Assembly: GCF_023055435.1 (NCBI RefSeq) | Contig: NW_025963802.1 | Span: forward strand, 36,704,001 to 36,768,000 | Source of the DNA: Haliotis rufescens | Lineage: Eukaryota | Direction of reading: 5' to 3' | Length of the DNA stretch: 64,000 nt | Shown: piece after piece, positions 11,266-23,599 of the stretch | Layout: each line of letters starts with the position of its first letter | Numbering within the stretch: position 1 is the stretch's first letter | Position numbers and translations under genes: made by a program | Notes under the pieces: model-generated | What the model was told of the DNA's origin: nothing | Database searches by the model: none | What the model saw: the letters and a program-made list of their open reading frames with translations, nothing else

Positions 11266-13074
11266 CTCAAGACACGCTCCTAGTTCCATGTCCTCATGTC
11301 TTATGAACCTACCATTTAACATTCTGGTCGGGGGACTGAGATTCAAGATAGAGGCAAAATATGTGTAGTTAACTGCTTGAAAGTACACAATTGATTTCTC
11401 ACTGAGAGGAACCTTACGATTTATCACTTTTCACAACAGTTGTATGGTGCAAAATGTTCTGAAACAAATTATCTATGTAACCTTCTTCTCAAACAGTGTC
11501 ATCGATGATCTCTGTTGAGGTTGTCTTATCTCTCCTATTTTATCCGCACGTGTAGATTTGGTGTAGATCAATTCTCGGTATTCTATGTTTGACCCTAAGA
11601 GCCTAACTAATGATGATCGGTAGTGACAGTGTGTGACCTGACCAAGCAGGAGACGTAGAACCCCGACGTGCCCCTGACTCTGCCTTGATCTAGCTACCTG
11701 ACTGTGTGATGAAACACCATTCCCTCACTCACTCATTGAAATTGTGACAATGACTGACTGCCTGACCACTTCCTTGTGTTACAGGTACAAGAGTAAAAAG
11801 ACATTGATGGATAAATCTAGACTGATGGACAAAGGAAACTATACCTCTCAGTTGATTTTGTCTTAATTGTGTTAGATTTTCAATTGAAAATAGCCTAAGT
11901 TAGCGATATTACAGTAATGTTCTGTACTGGATCTCAGTTAGCATTCAAAGAATACTTCTACATGGTTTTATTTTTAAAAATGTAATTTGATTTAAAACTT
12001 TACATACACAACTGCTGGTGGGTATCTAAGATATCTCATAGTTTTAAATAAATAAATTTGCTTTTTTCGGAAAAGAATTACAACATTTCAAACATAGTAA
12101 GGGTCATGTGGTTCATTTCTTACCCAAGTCTTCATTGAACCAATTTATGTTCACTCACAATTACCAAGCTACAGATTATTTTTTACAAACTGTTGCAGGA
12201 ATGAGCAATTTCATTTTTTAAATGCTAAAGTTTCTTTTGGTCGTCGGTTTAGATTTAACATGAATCTTTTATATATACCCTGAACACTTACTTCGGCTAA
12301 ATTTATGTCTGTATATACAATTTGTATCAGCATTTCTGCAATTGGATGAGTTGGGGGTTAATGCTTCTCTGAAGATTAGAGATAAACATTAAAGTGTTTC
12401 ATCTTAAGATGGTAGGTAAGTAAAAGAGTCAGATCGTGCAGGGTATGGAACTGTGACAAACCATGGATACAAAAACGTATTTATTAAGAGCAGGTCTTTA
12501 AGACGTTCCTAAACAAACCATCTCGTATGTCACTTCACAGACAATAATGTAAAAGATTGTTGTTGTTGTTGCTGCTGCTGTTGTTGTTATGCGCCTGATT
12601 GTTACTTTACACAAAATTTCTCATAATTGAATATTTAATTTTGTTTTTATGAATAATTACACTTACGCTACTTTTTCACGACGAAAGAGAATGAATGAGT
12701 TAAGTTAAACGCCGCTTTGTTTTTGATGGTGAACGTGCCACCGGAGAGGCAGGATAAAATCATCTTTTCGCGAACACCTACTGTCATCACTATTTTACAA
12801 TGATTCATAAATACATGATCATAATATCGAAGATTGACAATGGACTCTGCTTTTAGTGGATATTTCTTTTGATTATTGAAAGGGTTTCGTTGTCTTAATG
12901 TCATTCCAGCTGTATTATATAAATAAAAGTGACAAATACATCAGTTTCGTCATTGATGCTAATAAAAAGGGTGGAATCAGATAGAGACAACCTTTAATTT
13001 TGTTCGTTTCATAAATGTACAGTTTGATTTTACTGTTCTGCCAACATGTTGGTACTAGTTTCTTATTTCACAAA

Positions 13075-13800
13075 AGATAAACGTAGAAGGTGATGATCCT
13101 GGCGGTCATACAACCAAGTACAATTCATTCGTTGTCGCATTGTGGCTTCCTTATCTTAAAGGGAGGCTAGGACAGGTTAATTGACAGCCCCCAAAACATT
13201 GATTCCAGTCTTTCAAACACCACTCTGCTCAAACTGTATAATGCATGGGAATCTGACAAACAAAGGCACGTCAACATAAGGATTTTCAGCGGTTATTGTT
13301 TTTGTCACTGATGTGTCTTATTTGGCAAGTCTATTGTTCAACTGCCAATCCGAGCTGATAATTTCTTATTCATATGCATAAGCATTTCAGGTATTTTCTT
13401 CTCAGTAAACTTCGGACGGCATTTGTTTCATGTTTGACAAATTACCCCGAACCTTAAGAAATAGAGATACAACTATAGACATGGAAAATGATTCAAGGAA
13501 TGAATTGTTCCTTAAGTTTGTTGTGGGGATAGTTGTATGGTTGAAAACTCAATTGTTTTGACGGAATTGAACTTTGTTCTTTTCTGAGAATGGAAACATT
13601 TAACTAAATACGTCGGGTATTTGTTAATCCACATAGTATTAATTCCACTTGTCTCAAATACTTTCTGTGAAAATATAGAAAGTCCTTCCTTGACTATATT
13701 AAGAATTCCGGTTAAACTTTGAGAGATATATTCAGTGGTAGAGGTTCTGGATCCAATCATGTATTTCGCTCTGTACGGGTGTGTATGGAACATTTATACA
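13075..13800 (-). mobile_element. Decayed Penelope-like RT fragment (duplicate of 5380-6300 with further deletions)
   Basis: ORF 13512-13793 HTHPYRAKYMIGS...NTMWINKY...SVKTIEFST; near-identical to the 5.4-6.3 kb block. Confidence 0.7.
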
Positions 13801-14022
13801 GCAATAAAGGAAATTGAACAAATGGTAAGTCAGTATTTAATTTTATTGTACGAATGTTGTATCACAAATTGGGTGGTAAAACAGGTCAACATATGTGTAA
13901 AGTATTCAGTTATTGCCTCAACATTCAGGCACCAAAACAACAATAACAATAGCAATAAATAAGTCCCTCTAAACCGATGGTCGGGTAGTATCTGAAATCT
14001 GATTCATTAATTCATCTTCAGA

Positions 14023-15988
14023 TTACCAAAGAGACATCTTGAGCGGAGACGTGTCAATTATGAGACGTCGACTGCGTATGCTCTGTTTCTCTCCTGCTGT
14101 CCACGACTTGGATTTCACCCGGAAGTGACGTAGTTGTCTGGAGTAATCCTGGTGCAACATGGGAAGGTAGTTTCTTGGTTGACACTGGGACTGAAATAGA
14201 GTTGTATAGACACATTATTACATAAAAGTTTACAAAAAAAGTAGTACAGTAAAAACAACTCTGCTTTATTAAAATGTATATGAAAAAAAGTATACATATA
14301 CACTAAATATAGACATATTTATCTTTCCCGAAAAGGACCCGTGAAGATTCCGGTGTAGAATAGGTCTTCAGCAACCCATGCTTGTCGTAAAAGGTAACTA
14401 ACGGGATCGGGTGGTCAGTCTCGCTGACTTGGTGGATGCATGTCGTCGATCCCAATTACGTGGATCGATGCTCATGATATTAATCACTGGATTGTCTGGT
14501 CCAGACTCGATTATTTACAGACGTTATATAGCTGGAGTGCGGCGTTAAACAACAAACCAACCAACCAACCAACTTTCCCGAAAAGAGACTCCGGTCAACT
14601 TCAAATGTTTCTCAATTGCAACCTACCTGATGTTGTTCATGGAAGGCCTTGTATCCACCATCTAACAGGTATACTTCCGGGTAGAAGAGGAAAGGGTAAC
14701 GGTCACTGTTCATCTTCCGGTCAAGGTTTCTAAGATGGCGCAATCTGTATCAGAAGATACATCACTGAATGAAACGTTGCATTAGAAAATGATAATTACT
14801 TTCGATGTCATTAGTATTTTACATCGTGCAATAAACGTATAAAACCGGTCCACATATATTTGAAGTTGTTTATATCAACCACTTTTATGAAATACTTACA
14901 GTTTCGGGCCTCTCTCTGATGAAAATTCACAGTGGAAGACCAGGATGTTCCGTTGAATGGAGTCCCTCGCCTGTAGATTGGTCACTAAATCTGTGATCAG
15001 AGCCTCGTTGTGAAGGTTCTGGGCACCCTGAAGTTGAAAAATGGTAGTATTTAGATTACAGACCTTTAGAATGTTGATCTCTGCCATTGTAGATTTGTTT
15101 ATAGTGTGTGAGATCACCACACCAATAATAAAAAAAAGTGTTGAATTTATTTGTAATATGTGAGATATTATGTAGGTTTACCTCAATATGTCCGCCTTCA
15201 TATTCATAAGGGTAACGACAGTCGATGATTTGGTAACCGGAAATGACGTCATCATATTTTCCAGCAAGAAGTTGACTGACTGTGTGTGAAGACACAGATT
15301 TGAGATCCTTGTGTCTGCCTCGTATGGTTGGGAGACTATGAATCTAAAACATAAGGAAAACTTTATAAGAACTTTAATAATATTGCTATTTATATGTCTA
15401 TGTGATAGAAATGTTAACAAAATGATTAATTCCCTTATTATTGCAATTAATTAGGCAATTCAGACCTATTTAATAATCGACATAACAATGGAATAATAAA
15501 CCTTCCACTAACCTGTGAACCATCACCGATCAGGTCAACCTCATTTTGCATTTTGTCCACAGCTGTTTTCATAACTTCTGACGTTAATTCTACTTGGGTT
15601 TCATGGACAACGTAGGCGGTTTTGTGATTCTTCGTTTGCTGAGCTTGAACGTGTTCGTCATTTTCATCATCATAATCACGTGGTCTCTTTCCCGTGAAAA
15701 GCGACTTCCTTGTGCCATGAAAACTTGTTCTCATGTGAACCAAAGATTGGGGAGACACCTGAAGAAAAAATCATATATTGCCTTTAAGTTTCTAAATAAC
15801 TGTCTTTCCTTTCTTTGTGTATATCTTTCTATCTGTCTTATAAATAAAAAAGCGTGATATATTATTCAACACACCTCGTCGTCACTGCAGAGAGACTCAA
15901 AGCCGCTATCCTGTGGGTCTTCATCATCGAAAACTAGGCTTTTTGGTTTGAAAACATCCAGTAAACTCTGACGTTGCTTTCTAGACAT
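14023..15988 (-). CDS. cdc25: Cdc25 copy 3, 6 coding exons, 311 aa, intact
   Basis: Exons 15988-15875 ([38 protein letters not shown]), 15758-15513, 15343-15182, 15027-14900, 14744-14627, 14190-14023; all GT-AG; HCEFSSERG intact. Confidence 0.92.
14336..14572 (+). mobile_element. SINE-like retroposon with (CCAA)n tail in the last intron of copy 3
   Basis: 13-bp TSD CTTTCCCGAAAAG at 14323-14335 and 14573-14585; empty site in copy 2 (~6828-6840); same family at 57292 and 18736. Confidence 0.88.
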
Positions 15989-16099
15989 TGTCGTGAACAA
16001 ATAATTTCAACAGGGATGAGAAAATGTATCTAGTATCTTGTGTTTGCTATTTAGAAAGCTGTCAAGCGAATGGTGCTATGTCTGTCCTCTCTCATATCT

Positions 16100-16555
16100 A
16101 TATACCTTCACTAAAACAACATATTTACATAACAAAGACAACACTCGTTGATCGATTCTTTACCCAATTGATCGTACCTTGTTTATATTGGTTAATGGAA
16201 GCAGTATAAACATTCACACATTAAAGGAGATCGGTTAAGTATGTGGGCTTGGTGTGAATGTGCGATACGTAGATACGTTGCTTCCTACACAAATGTAAGA
16301 AGGGATTATCCTGGGGCAATTATAATCATCCAGGTAGAACTTCAAATGTACCGGTAGACAATGTTTGGATAATGTAGGGATCAGGTCGTTCTGGTCGTGA
16401 GCTGAATGACAATTAAGGCCAGTTTGTTTCATCTTCGCGAACGCAATATAATGTCGGAGCACTTTCTGTGTGGATTCCCATCTAGCTAGTTTCATTTGTA
16501 AAATAAGCAGGCTTTGTCAGAGGACAGTTAGGATGATCTGGATAAGATGGATTAT
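16100..16555 (-). promoter_or_regulatory. Conserved upstream module of copy 3
   Basis: Module subtype with TACTGCTTCCATTAACCAATAT and GAAGTTCTACCTGGATGATT. Confidence 0.6.
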
Positions 16556-17399
16556 ATGCTTGTTGAAAGCGTGTTAATCGTCATATGGACATTGACATAA
16601 ACAAGGTACTTGAAATTGTTTATTGGAATGAAAAATATTGTGTGTAAGCAGGTACTCCGAAAGAGGTAGTCATGTCCTGCTCTAGCGGTTTCACCGGTAA
16701 TACGAGATGGATATGTTGCGGGGGTTTTCAGTTTATACTTTTGTTGACGGTATACGTACTAAGTTGATTATAATTTGAACTCGTAGTGTAATGTTTCAAA
16801 TGTCTATTTTAACTGTGCATTCGGTTGAAAAATGCCGTCACAACGTAAAGGTAATTGATCTACATCGAAAACACAGAATCTTGATCACTGTTTTATTTTT
16901 AAAAACTTAACTGTTAATCAAACGTTATGGGTAGGCTGCTTATTTAAATAAAGGAATCAACGATCACTCTCTATTTATAGTGCATTCCCTACCCAAACAA
17001 CGTTATCGTTATGCAATGGACACTCCTTGAGATAATGACGTCAAAGCAAGGTTTAGTTTTCAAGCACGTCACTATAATCACGTCACAATATTCTACTTTT
17101 GCAAAGGGTTGCAAGGGAAAAGGCCGACTATATACTCTCTCTATGTCGATTTTCATGGTATTTCGTGTCCAAAATGGCCTGCAATTTATACTCTGATTAG
17201 TCCAGGAACCGTCTTTCAACTTTTCGTAACCTACATAATATACACTGTTCCCCGTCAATGACGGGGAAAGGAAGACCTTCCTAGAAATATGAACCTCCAC
17301 GTTGATGATGATTGGTTTCAATCAGATGCTGTTATTGTGATTTGAAACCTCAATCAGAGAAAAAGAGAAAGTGTGTATTGTTCTTGGGATCTATTAGGA

Positions 17400-17735
17400 C
17401 AGGCATGATTTGATCAGCTTCTTAATGCAAGTGATTTCTATTTTAGATTCCTACACGTGGTTTAACAAACACTTAACAAACAGGACACTGCATACACAAA
17501 TGCGTGTATTTACATATCCCCATCTCGATTATCTGACGAAGCAGATTCCATTGGGTGTAAAAGGCAAAATAGCCGTGAAAATTATATCAAGGGATCACTG
17601 ACAATCAGTGATGCCATCAGGTGGTTATTCAGAAGTCGTTGAGGTTGACGTTTTATATTTAAGATTCGATTGTTACAGGTGTCATTGGTAGCAGGATAAA
17701 CTTACCTTTTCGCGAGCACCTGGTATCATAACTAT
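17400..17735 (+). mobile_element. Highly decayed Penelope-like 3' remnant
   Basis: NKHLTNRTL-like peptide followed by the GCAGGA...CCTTTTCGCGAGCACCTGG motif shared with 22085, 31025, 5060 and 12750. Confidence 0.4.
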
Positions 17736-17744
17736 TCGATTATG

Positions 17745-17802
17745 ATGATCTGGATTACTCATAACACATACTCATGATCTGGATTACTCATAACACATAC
17801 TC
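17745..17802 (+). repeat. Perfect 29-bp tandem duplication
   Basis: ATGATCTGGATTACTCATAACACATACTC x2. Confidence 0.95.
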
Positions 17803-18034
17803 ATGATATAGTCGGAACCGTACAATCGTCTCGAGATATCTTATGAAAAAGAAAGGGTTTTGTCGCCTTCATTTGCATATATGTGTTGAGCATTTAGTAA
17901 ATACAAGAGTTGTAGTGTATCGTCAAGACTTACAATAAGATATGACACTGATACGACATACAGTGTATTTCACCATTTGTGCATATTTATCTTAACGTCC
18001 ACCAACTATTAAAGCACGCTCTTTCAAGCATGGT

Positions 18035-18470
18035 TCTAATCCAGCTAATCCAGATCATCCAAGATACCCGTTGATTAAAGCCTGTTACGCCTTAATCCAG
18101 CTTGTTTGGGAATTAATGCAGAAAGTGCGCCCTAATTAAACATTTGCTAAGTAAATACAAATCGTCCTTAAATGCTTCAGAACAAACTGAACGCTAGGTT
18201 ATACCAGTTGGGGTACCGGTACATTTGATGTCGTTCCTGGTGATTACGTCGGATAATCCCCCAAACACCTTCGCACAGGTAGCTCCAAATCAAACGGGGA
18301 ACACAAGCTATCGTACATTCACACCAAGCCCACATCCTTAACCGATCTCCTCGAATGTGTTAATGTTTTCATTAAATAGTAACTATAAAGTAAGTGCAAT
18401 CAATTTGGTAACGAATCGACCAACGAGTGTTGTCTTTGTTATGTAAATATGTTGTTTTAGTTCAGGTATA
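18035..18470 (+). promoter_or_regulatory. Conserved upstream module of copy 4
   Basis: Aligns to the other modules; contains four TAATCC motifs. Confidence 0.6.
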
Positions 18471-18579
18471 TATACCACAGAAGCAAGACACAGCGTCATT
18501 CTCCTGGCAACTGACTAACTTGCAAATACAAGATTACAGATATACTTTCTTAAAATTCCGAAGAATTTGTAAAAATACA

Positions 18580-20460
18580 ATGCCAAGAAGAGATTGCCAA
18601 GTTTTCCCAGAAGTCTTTATCCCTACGAGTCTCGTTTTCTACGACGAAGACTCACGTGATAGTGGCGTTGAGTCACTTTGCAGTGACTGTGAGGTTTGTT
18701 AATTTATTCATAATACAACAGACAATGTCTTATATGCAATATTCCAGCTATCTGGCGGCGGTCTGTAAATAATCAAGTCTGGACCAGACAATTCAGTGAT
18801 TGAAATCATGAGCATCGATCCATGCTTTTGGGGTACGGTGTCATGCATCAATTAAGTCAGCGAGTCTGACCACCCGATCCCGTTAGTCACCTCTTATACA
18901 TATGATCATGAGTATGCAATGGATGAATGGTTAAATAATGAGACACAAAAAATAATAGTTAAATGGATGAAATAGAAAAAAGAAAACTGATTCATTATTT
19001 GAGTCTCTCTGCAGTGACAGCGAGGTTTGTTGAATAATATAATGTACTTTTGTATGGAAAAATGCCCGGACAATTTTCAGACATAAAAATCGGATTGACA
19101 TTTTGAAAATTTAACACTCTAAATTCAAGGTGTTTCATCATCAGGTGTCCCCACAACCTTTAGATCACAGGAGAAATGGTTTCCATGGAACAAGGAAGTC
19201 ACTGTTCGGAGGGAAGAGACAACGTGACAATGGTGATGACGGAGATTATGTTCAAGCGAGGCTGACCAAGAAACAAAAAACAACCAGCTGTGGACATAAC
19301 CTCCAAGCCGAAGTAACATCAGAGGTTATGAAGACAGCAGTCGACAAAATGCAAAATGAAGTTTATCTCATCGGTGATGGTTCACAGGTTTGTTGAGGAT
19401 TCATCCTTCCATTCTAATATCGATTTAAAAGATCTTGTGAATTGCTTAATCTATAAGAATGAGAAGGAATTCCACATTTTCAAGTTGCCATTATGTTTTC
19501 AGGTTCATAGTCTCCCAACTACACAAGGCAGACACAAGGATCTCAAATCTGTGACTCCACACACAATCAGTCAGCTTCTAGCAGGACAGTACGATGATGT
19601 CATTTCCAGCTACAGGATCATTGACTGTCGTTACCCATATGAGTATGAAGGTGGTCACATTGAGATATGTCTTTAATTTTGTATAAAGGATCGTAATCCA
19701 TGTTTGTTTGTTCATGTAATATCTTTGCTTAATACTTAAAAAAATAACTGACATCAATATGTTGCTGAGCATGTTAGCATTGTTCATATGAAAATTTGAT
19801 TTCGCGTTTTCTATTGTTAATAAATAACATTGTACGTTGTTTCTTGCTTATAGCACTTGAAACAGTCGGCGTAAAAGATCGTCCGGTCATAAGTTTACTG
19901 CACTACCCAAAATAATTACATTTGTTTTACCTTATTTAACAATTATTTCAATTATATATCTCCTGATACAGATTGAGACTTCTCAGAAACCTTGACCGGA
20001 AGCTGAACAGTGACCGTTACCCTTTCCTCTTCTACCCGGAAGTATACCTGTTAGATGGCAGATACAAAAAGTTCTATGAACAACATCAGGAAGGTTGGCG
20101 AATGTTTGAAACTGACGGGACTACTTGTAGTAAAATGCAAATATGTCCTTATTTAAATGCATGCCTTTTAATATTTATTTTAATATACATTCTAAATTTA
20201 AAGTTATCTGTACTACCCTTTTTGCGGATTTGTGTTATCAGTGAATTAATGTGAAACACGTATGGTAATAAGGACTTTCTTATAACTTTCAGTCTCAGTG
20301 CAATCCAAGAAATTACGTCCCCATGCTGCACCAGGATTACTCCAAACGACTACGTCACTTCCGAGTAAAGTCCAAGTCATGGACAGCAGGAGAAAAACAG
20401 AGCATGCGCAGTCGACGTCTCATAATAGATTCGTCTCCGCTTAAGATGTCTCCATGGTAA
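18580..20460 (+). pseudogene. cdc25: Cdc25 copy 4; catalytic exon deleted and two splice donors mutated
   Basis: Exons 18580-18693, 19145-19387, 19503-19664 (donor GT>AT), exon 4 absent (junction ~19772), 19972-20089 (donor GT>GA; GGY>GRY), 20293-20460. Confidence 0.9.
18736..18896 (-). mobile_element. Partial copy of the (CCAA)n-tailed SINE family in intron 1 of copy 4
   Basis: Reverse complement of the core of the 14336 and 57292 elements (TCTGGACCAGACAA, GACCACCCGATCCCGTTAG). Confidence 0.8.
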
Positions 20461-20831
20461 TCCGGAAGATGAATTGCTGAAATATGAAATGTCACCTGTT
20501 GTCCGAGTGTTGGATTTCAGAGATTTGTTGTTTATTGCCACTGTTATTGTTGATTATGTTGGTGCCTGAATGTTGAGGTAATCACGGAATACTTCAAACA
20601 TACGTTGACCTGTTTTGTCAACCACACTGTGATACCGTCTTGTTATCGACTGTTTCTTTGTATGATATGAATAAATACTGATCTTCAGCTCGTTTAGTGT
20701 CCTCACTTCCCTCACTCTCACACGTCAGATCACAAACGTTCTTTTTAATCGATGGTATGTCTCTGTTGTTTGTCTAGTTCTATTACAATTTCAATATATT
20801 TGGTCGAATGTGCCGTGAATCTGGTGAAGTC

Positions 20832-20947
20832 CAGGAGCCACTTGCACAAGTCGACGTTCGCGCAAAACATTAGTGTAAGTCTGTGTTAGAGTATGAAAGT
20901 CTGGAAGTTACAAAGGCGCTAAGGTCGTTCTGTGCAAGTGGTCCATG
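20832..20947. mobile_element. Small MITE-like element with terminal inverted repeats
   Basis: CCACTTGCACA (20838-20848) and TGTGCAAGTGG (20931-20941); the right arm is deleted in the paralogues near 38080 and 56825. Confidence 0.55.
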
Positions 20948-21559
20948 ATTACTATAGCTTCGTTACATTTCGATGTCTGTACACTATACACCAAGCTGTA
21001 TCCACTCCATAGACACTTATGCCCAAGTCGTCATCGTGACTTTCACCAAAGTAAGTGATTAAAATGGACATCACCAACGCCTATTGGGGTTTTACCCCAC
21101 ATTAAGCTGACATCCGGACGTATACAATAGATTTTGATTTTTATCTGAGTGATCCGTAATTTATGTATTAGATAAGCAAGGAATAAAGTAAGATTACGAG
21201 ACCATGAAGAAAAATAACAGGAGCATAATTAGAATTATTAATTGTTATATTATAAAAATGGAAGAATATGGAATACAATGTGTATTATAGGCAGTATATA
21301 TATTTTCAGTTTAGCAAACTGAAGTGAAAATAAAATAACAATGTGTCATAATTTGACTGGATATAAAGGATGTTATGGCATACCATTTAGTTTTCTTTCT
21401 TTATCTTAAAAATCTCAGAGCGGGACAAGACTGAGGGTGGGGAGGATACAAAATTCTGCTGAGACAGTCATGTGGTTCTAGTAACATTCAGTTACAATGC
21501 TTATAAAGAACATACACATTGTAGAAAGTAATATTCATGTGTTAAAGATACATAAATCA

Positions 21560-22135
21560 TTTATACGGATATTTACTATAAATCTTATTGGGTTTTAAAA
21601 AGTACAAATCCATATAACTGCCAGTGTAGTCATATTCGGAGGTATTTGCTACACCACTGAACAATGAAGTTATTATCATATTTGCCCAATCTCCCGTTTG
21701 GTTCCAAAGTATTAGGATATCCATAGACTGGTGTAGCATTCATATCTCACTGAGAAAAAACGCTCGTCATTTGAGTGTCAAGACTCCACGGTAATGCTGT
21801 GTACGTGGTTAAAGCATTAAACATCTGTTTCGAGGTTACAGACTGACTTGAAATACATCCCTCGTTATGTTTCAGAATGCATGAATGTTTATGCCGTGAA
21901 GAACTGTCAGCCAAAGCACCAGATCTGTAATCTGAATCTATAAAGCTGTAAACTGAACATTAATTGACTTCATTGAATAGCAAATTAACGTCGTTTATAT
22001 CACACGTGAATATTCTTACATTTATCGGAAAACGGAATTTAGGCCACTGAACCAGTGAAGTGTTTGTGACGGTGACACCCGTGGGGCAGGATACGCCCAC
22101 CTTTTCGCGAACATATGGTATCATCACCATGATAG
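21560..22135 (+). mobile_element. Decayed Penelope-like 3' remnant in the repeat unit (also ~30500-31075, 39910-40475, 48970-49545, 58560-59100)
   Basis: Degenerate C-terminal RT-like codons ending in the GGGGCAGGATACGCCCACCTTTTCGCGAACA motif; present in each plus-strand unit. Confidence 0.45.
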
Positions 22136-22334
22136 TTATTCATAAACACATGCTTGTGATATAGTCGGAATCGTACATTTGGCCAGCAGAATTTTCTTAT
22201 GACGCTTGTGTGTTTCAGTCAGCAAGTGAAGTGTTAATGCATGTTCAAACAATTGAACAGGGGACAAGACACCAATAAGAAATGCACAATATTTCACGAT
22301 GTGTTACGTATTTTATGTTAACGTTATACTCAAA

Positions 22335-22692
22335 TCTAATCCAGCTGGTCGGGAATACATGCAGAAAGTGAGCCCGCATTAAATGTCTTGTTCACAAAAT
22401 AAATAAAAATCTTCCTTAATTGCCATTTAACTGACGACGAGAACGACCTGAATTCTGTATTATCCAAACATGGGCTGCAGGTACATTTGAAGTTCTACCT
22501 GGATGATTACCCCGGCATAATCCCTTCTCACCTACGTATCTACGGGGGACACAAGCGATCGCACATTCACACCAAGCCCACATACTTAACTGATCTCCTT
22601 TAATGTGTGAATGTTTATACTGCTTCCATTAACCAATATAGACAATGAACGATCAATTTGGTAACGAATTAATCAACAAGTGTTTTCTTTGC
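22335..22692 (+). promoter_or_regulatory. Orphan upstream module (no gene follows)
   Basis: Copy 3-type module, truncated after ATCAACAAGTGTTTTCTTTG. Confidence 0.55.
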
Positions 22693-23599
22693 TCAGCGAT
22701 CTTAATTACCAACACAGCCACCAAGGCTTCCACAAAATAAAAGTCCGACAACTGGTAGTCAAGATACTTGATCAAGGTACTTTTTTTACCCCTCCGACAA
22801 GTCTAAATCTAGACTTCCAGTTGTCGGACTCTCATTTCTTGAAAGACTTGGTGGCTGGGTTAGATCGCTGACGCCGAGTGCCTTACTCTGGAAGTGTGGG
22901 TTTGAATCCCGGATGGGACTTAACCCAAAAAAGAACTAGAATCTATACCAGAAAATGTTATCACGAATATGAAAAATTGCAATGTATATTACTTATTTGA
23001 TCAAATCTGAACAAGTAACTTCAGTAACAAGTGCATCCCAACCTTTGATGGGAGACTTTAAAATCCTGTTGTGTTATATTGAATTATTCTCTGTATGTTT
23101 GGGGCAAAAGATTCATTGCTGAAACATGATAAATAATAGCATCAATTGCTAGACAGGTTTGCTATATAAAACGATTTCATAGTATATGAACCTGTTATGC
23201 TACAATAATATATGCAATGTCAGTCCTTTGAAGTAAATGAATGATATCGAAAACATGTTCAAATTCCACTAATCTGGACAATATTGATCCTGGCACCAAA
23301 TTTGGGCACTTACATTGAAATAGATACCTTTCCAATTCGAAATTTCATCTTAAGCTTACGTTTTAAAACTTTATGAACCTTTGTGGTTTCCATACGATTA
23401 CACGGACTGGATTGGAAAACAAGTCGTGCAACTTATATAAATACTTTTCCAGTAATACGTACAATCGAAAATGAAATTACAGTAAAGGTAGCAATAACTT
23501 GGAGATAACGCCAGTGGATAAGATGAAGGTGTGTCGGGTGTGTGTAATAGGCTATATAAACTGGTTAATGATCAATTTGAAAATATTTTTGTTTGTTTA

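Noticed and set aside
16989-17321. 110-aa ORF in the pivot region
   Set aside because: Non-ATG start, no recognisable domain and no splice support.
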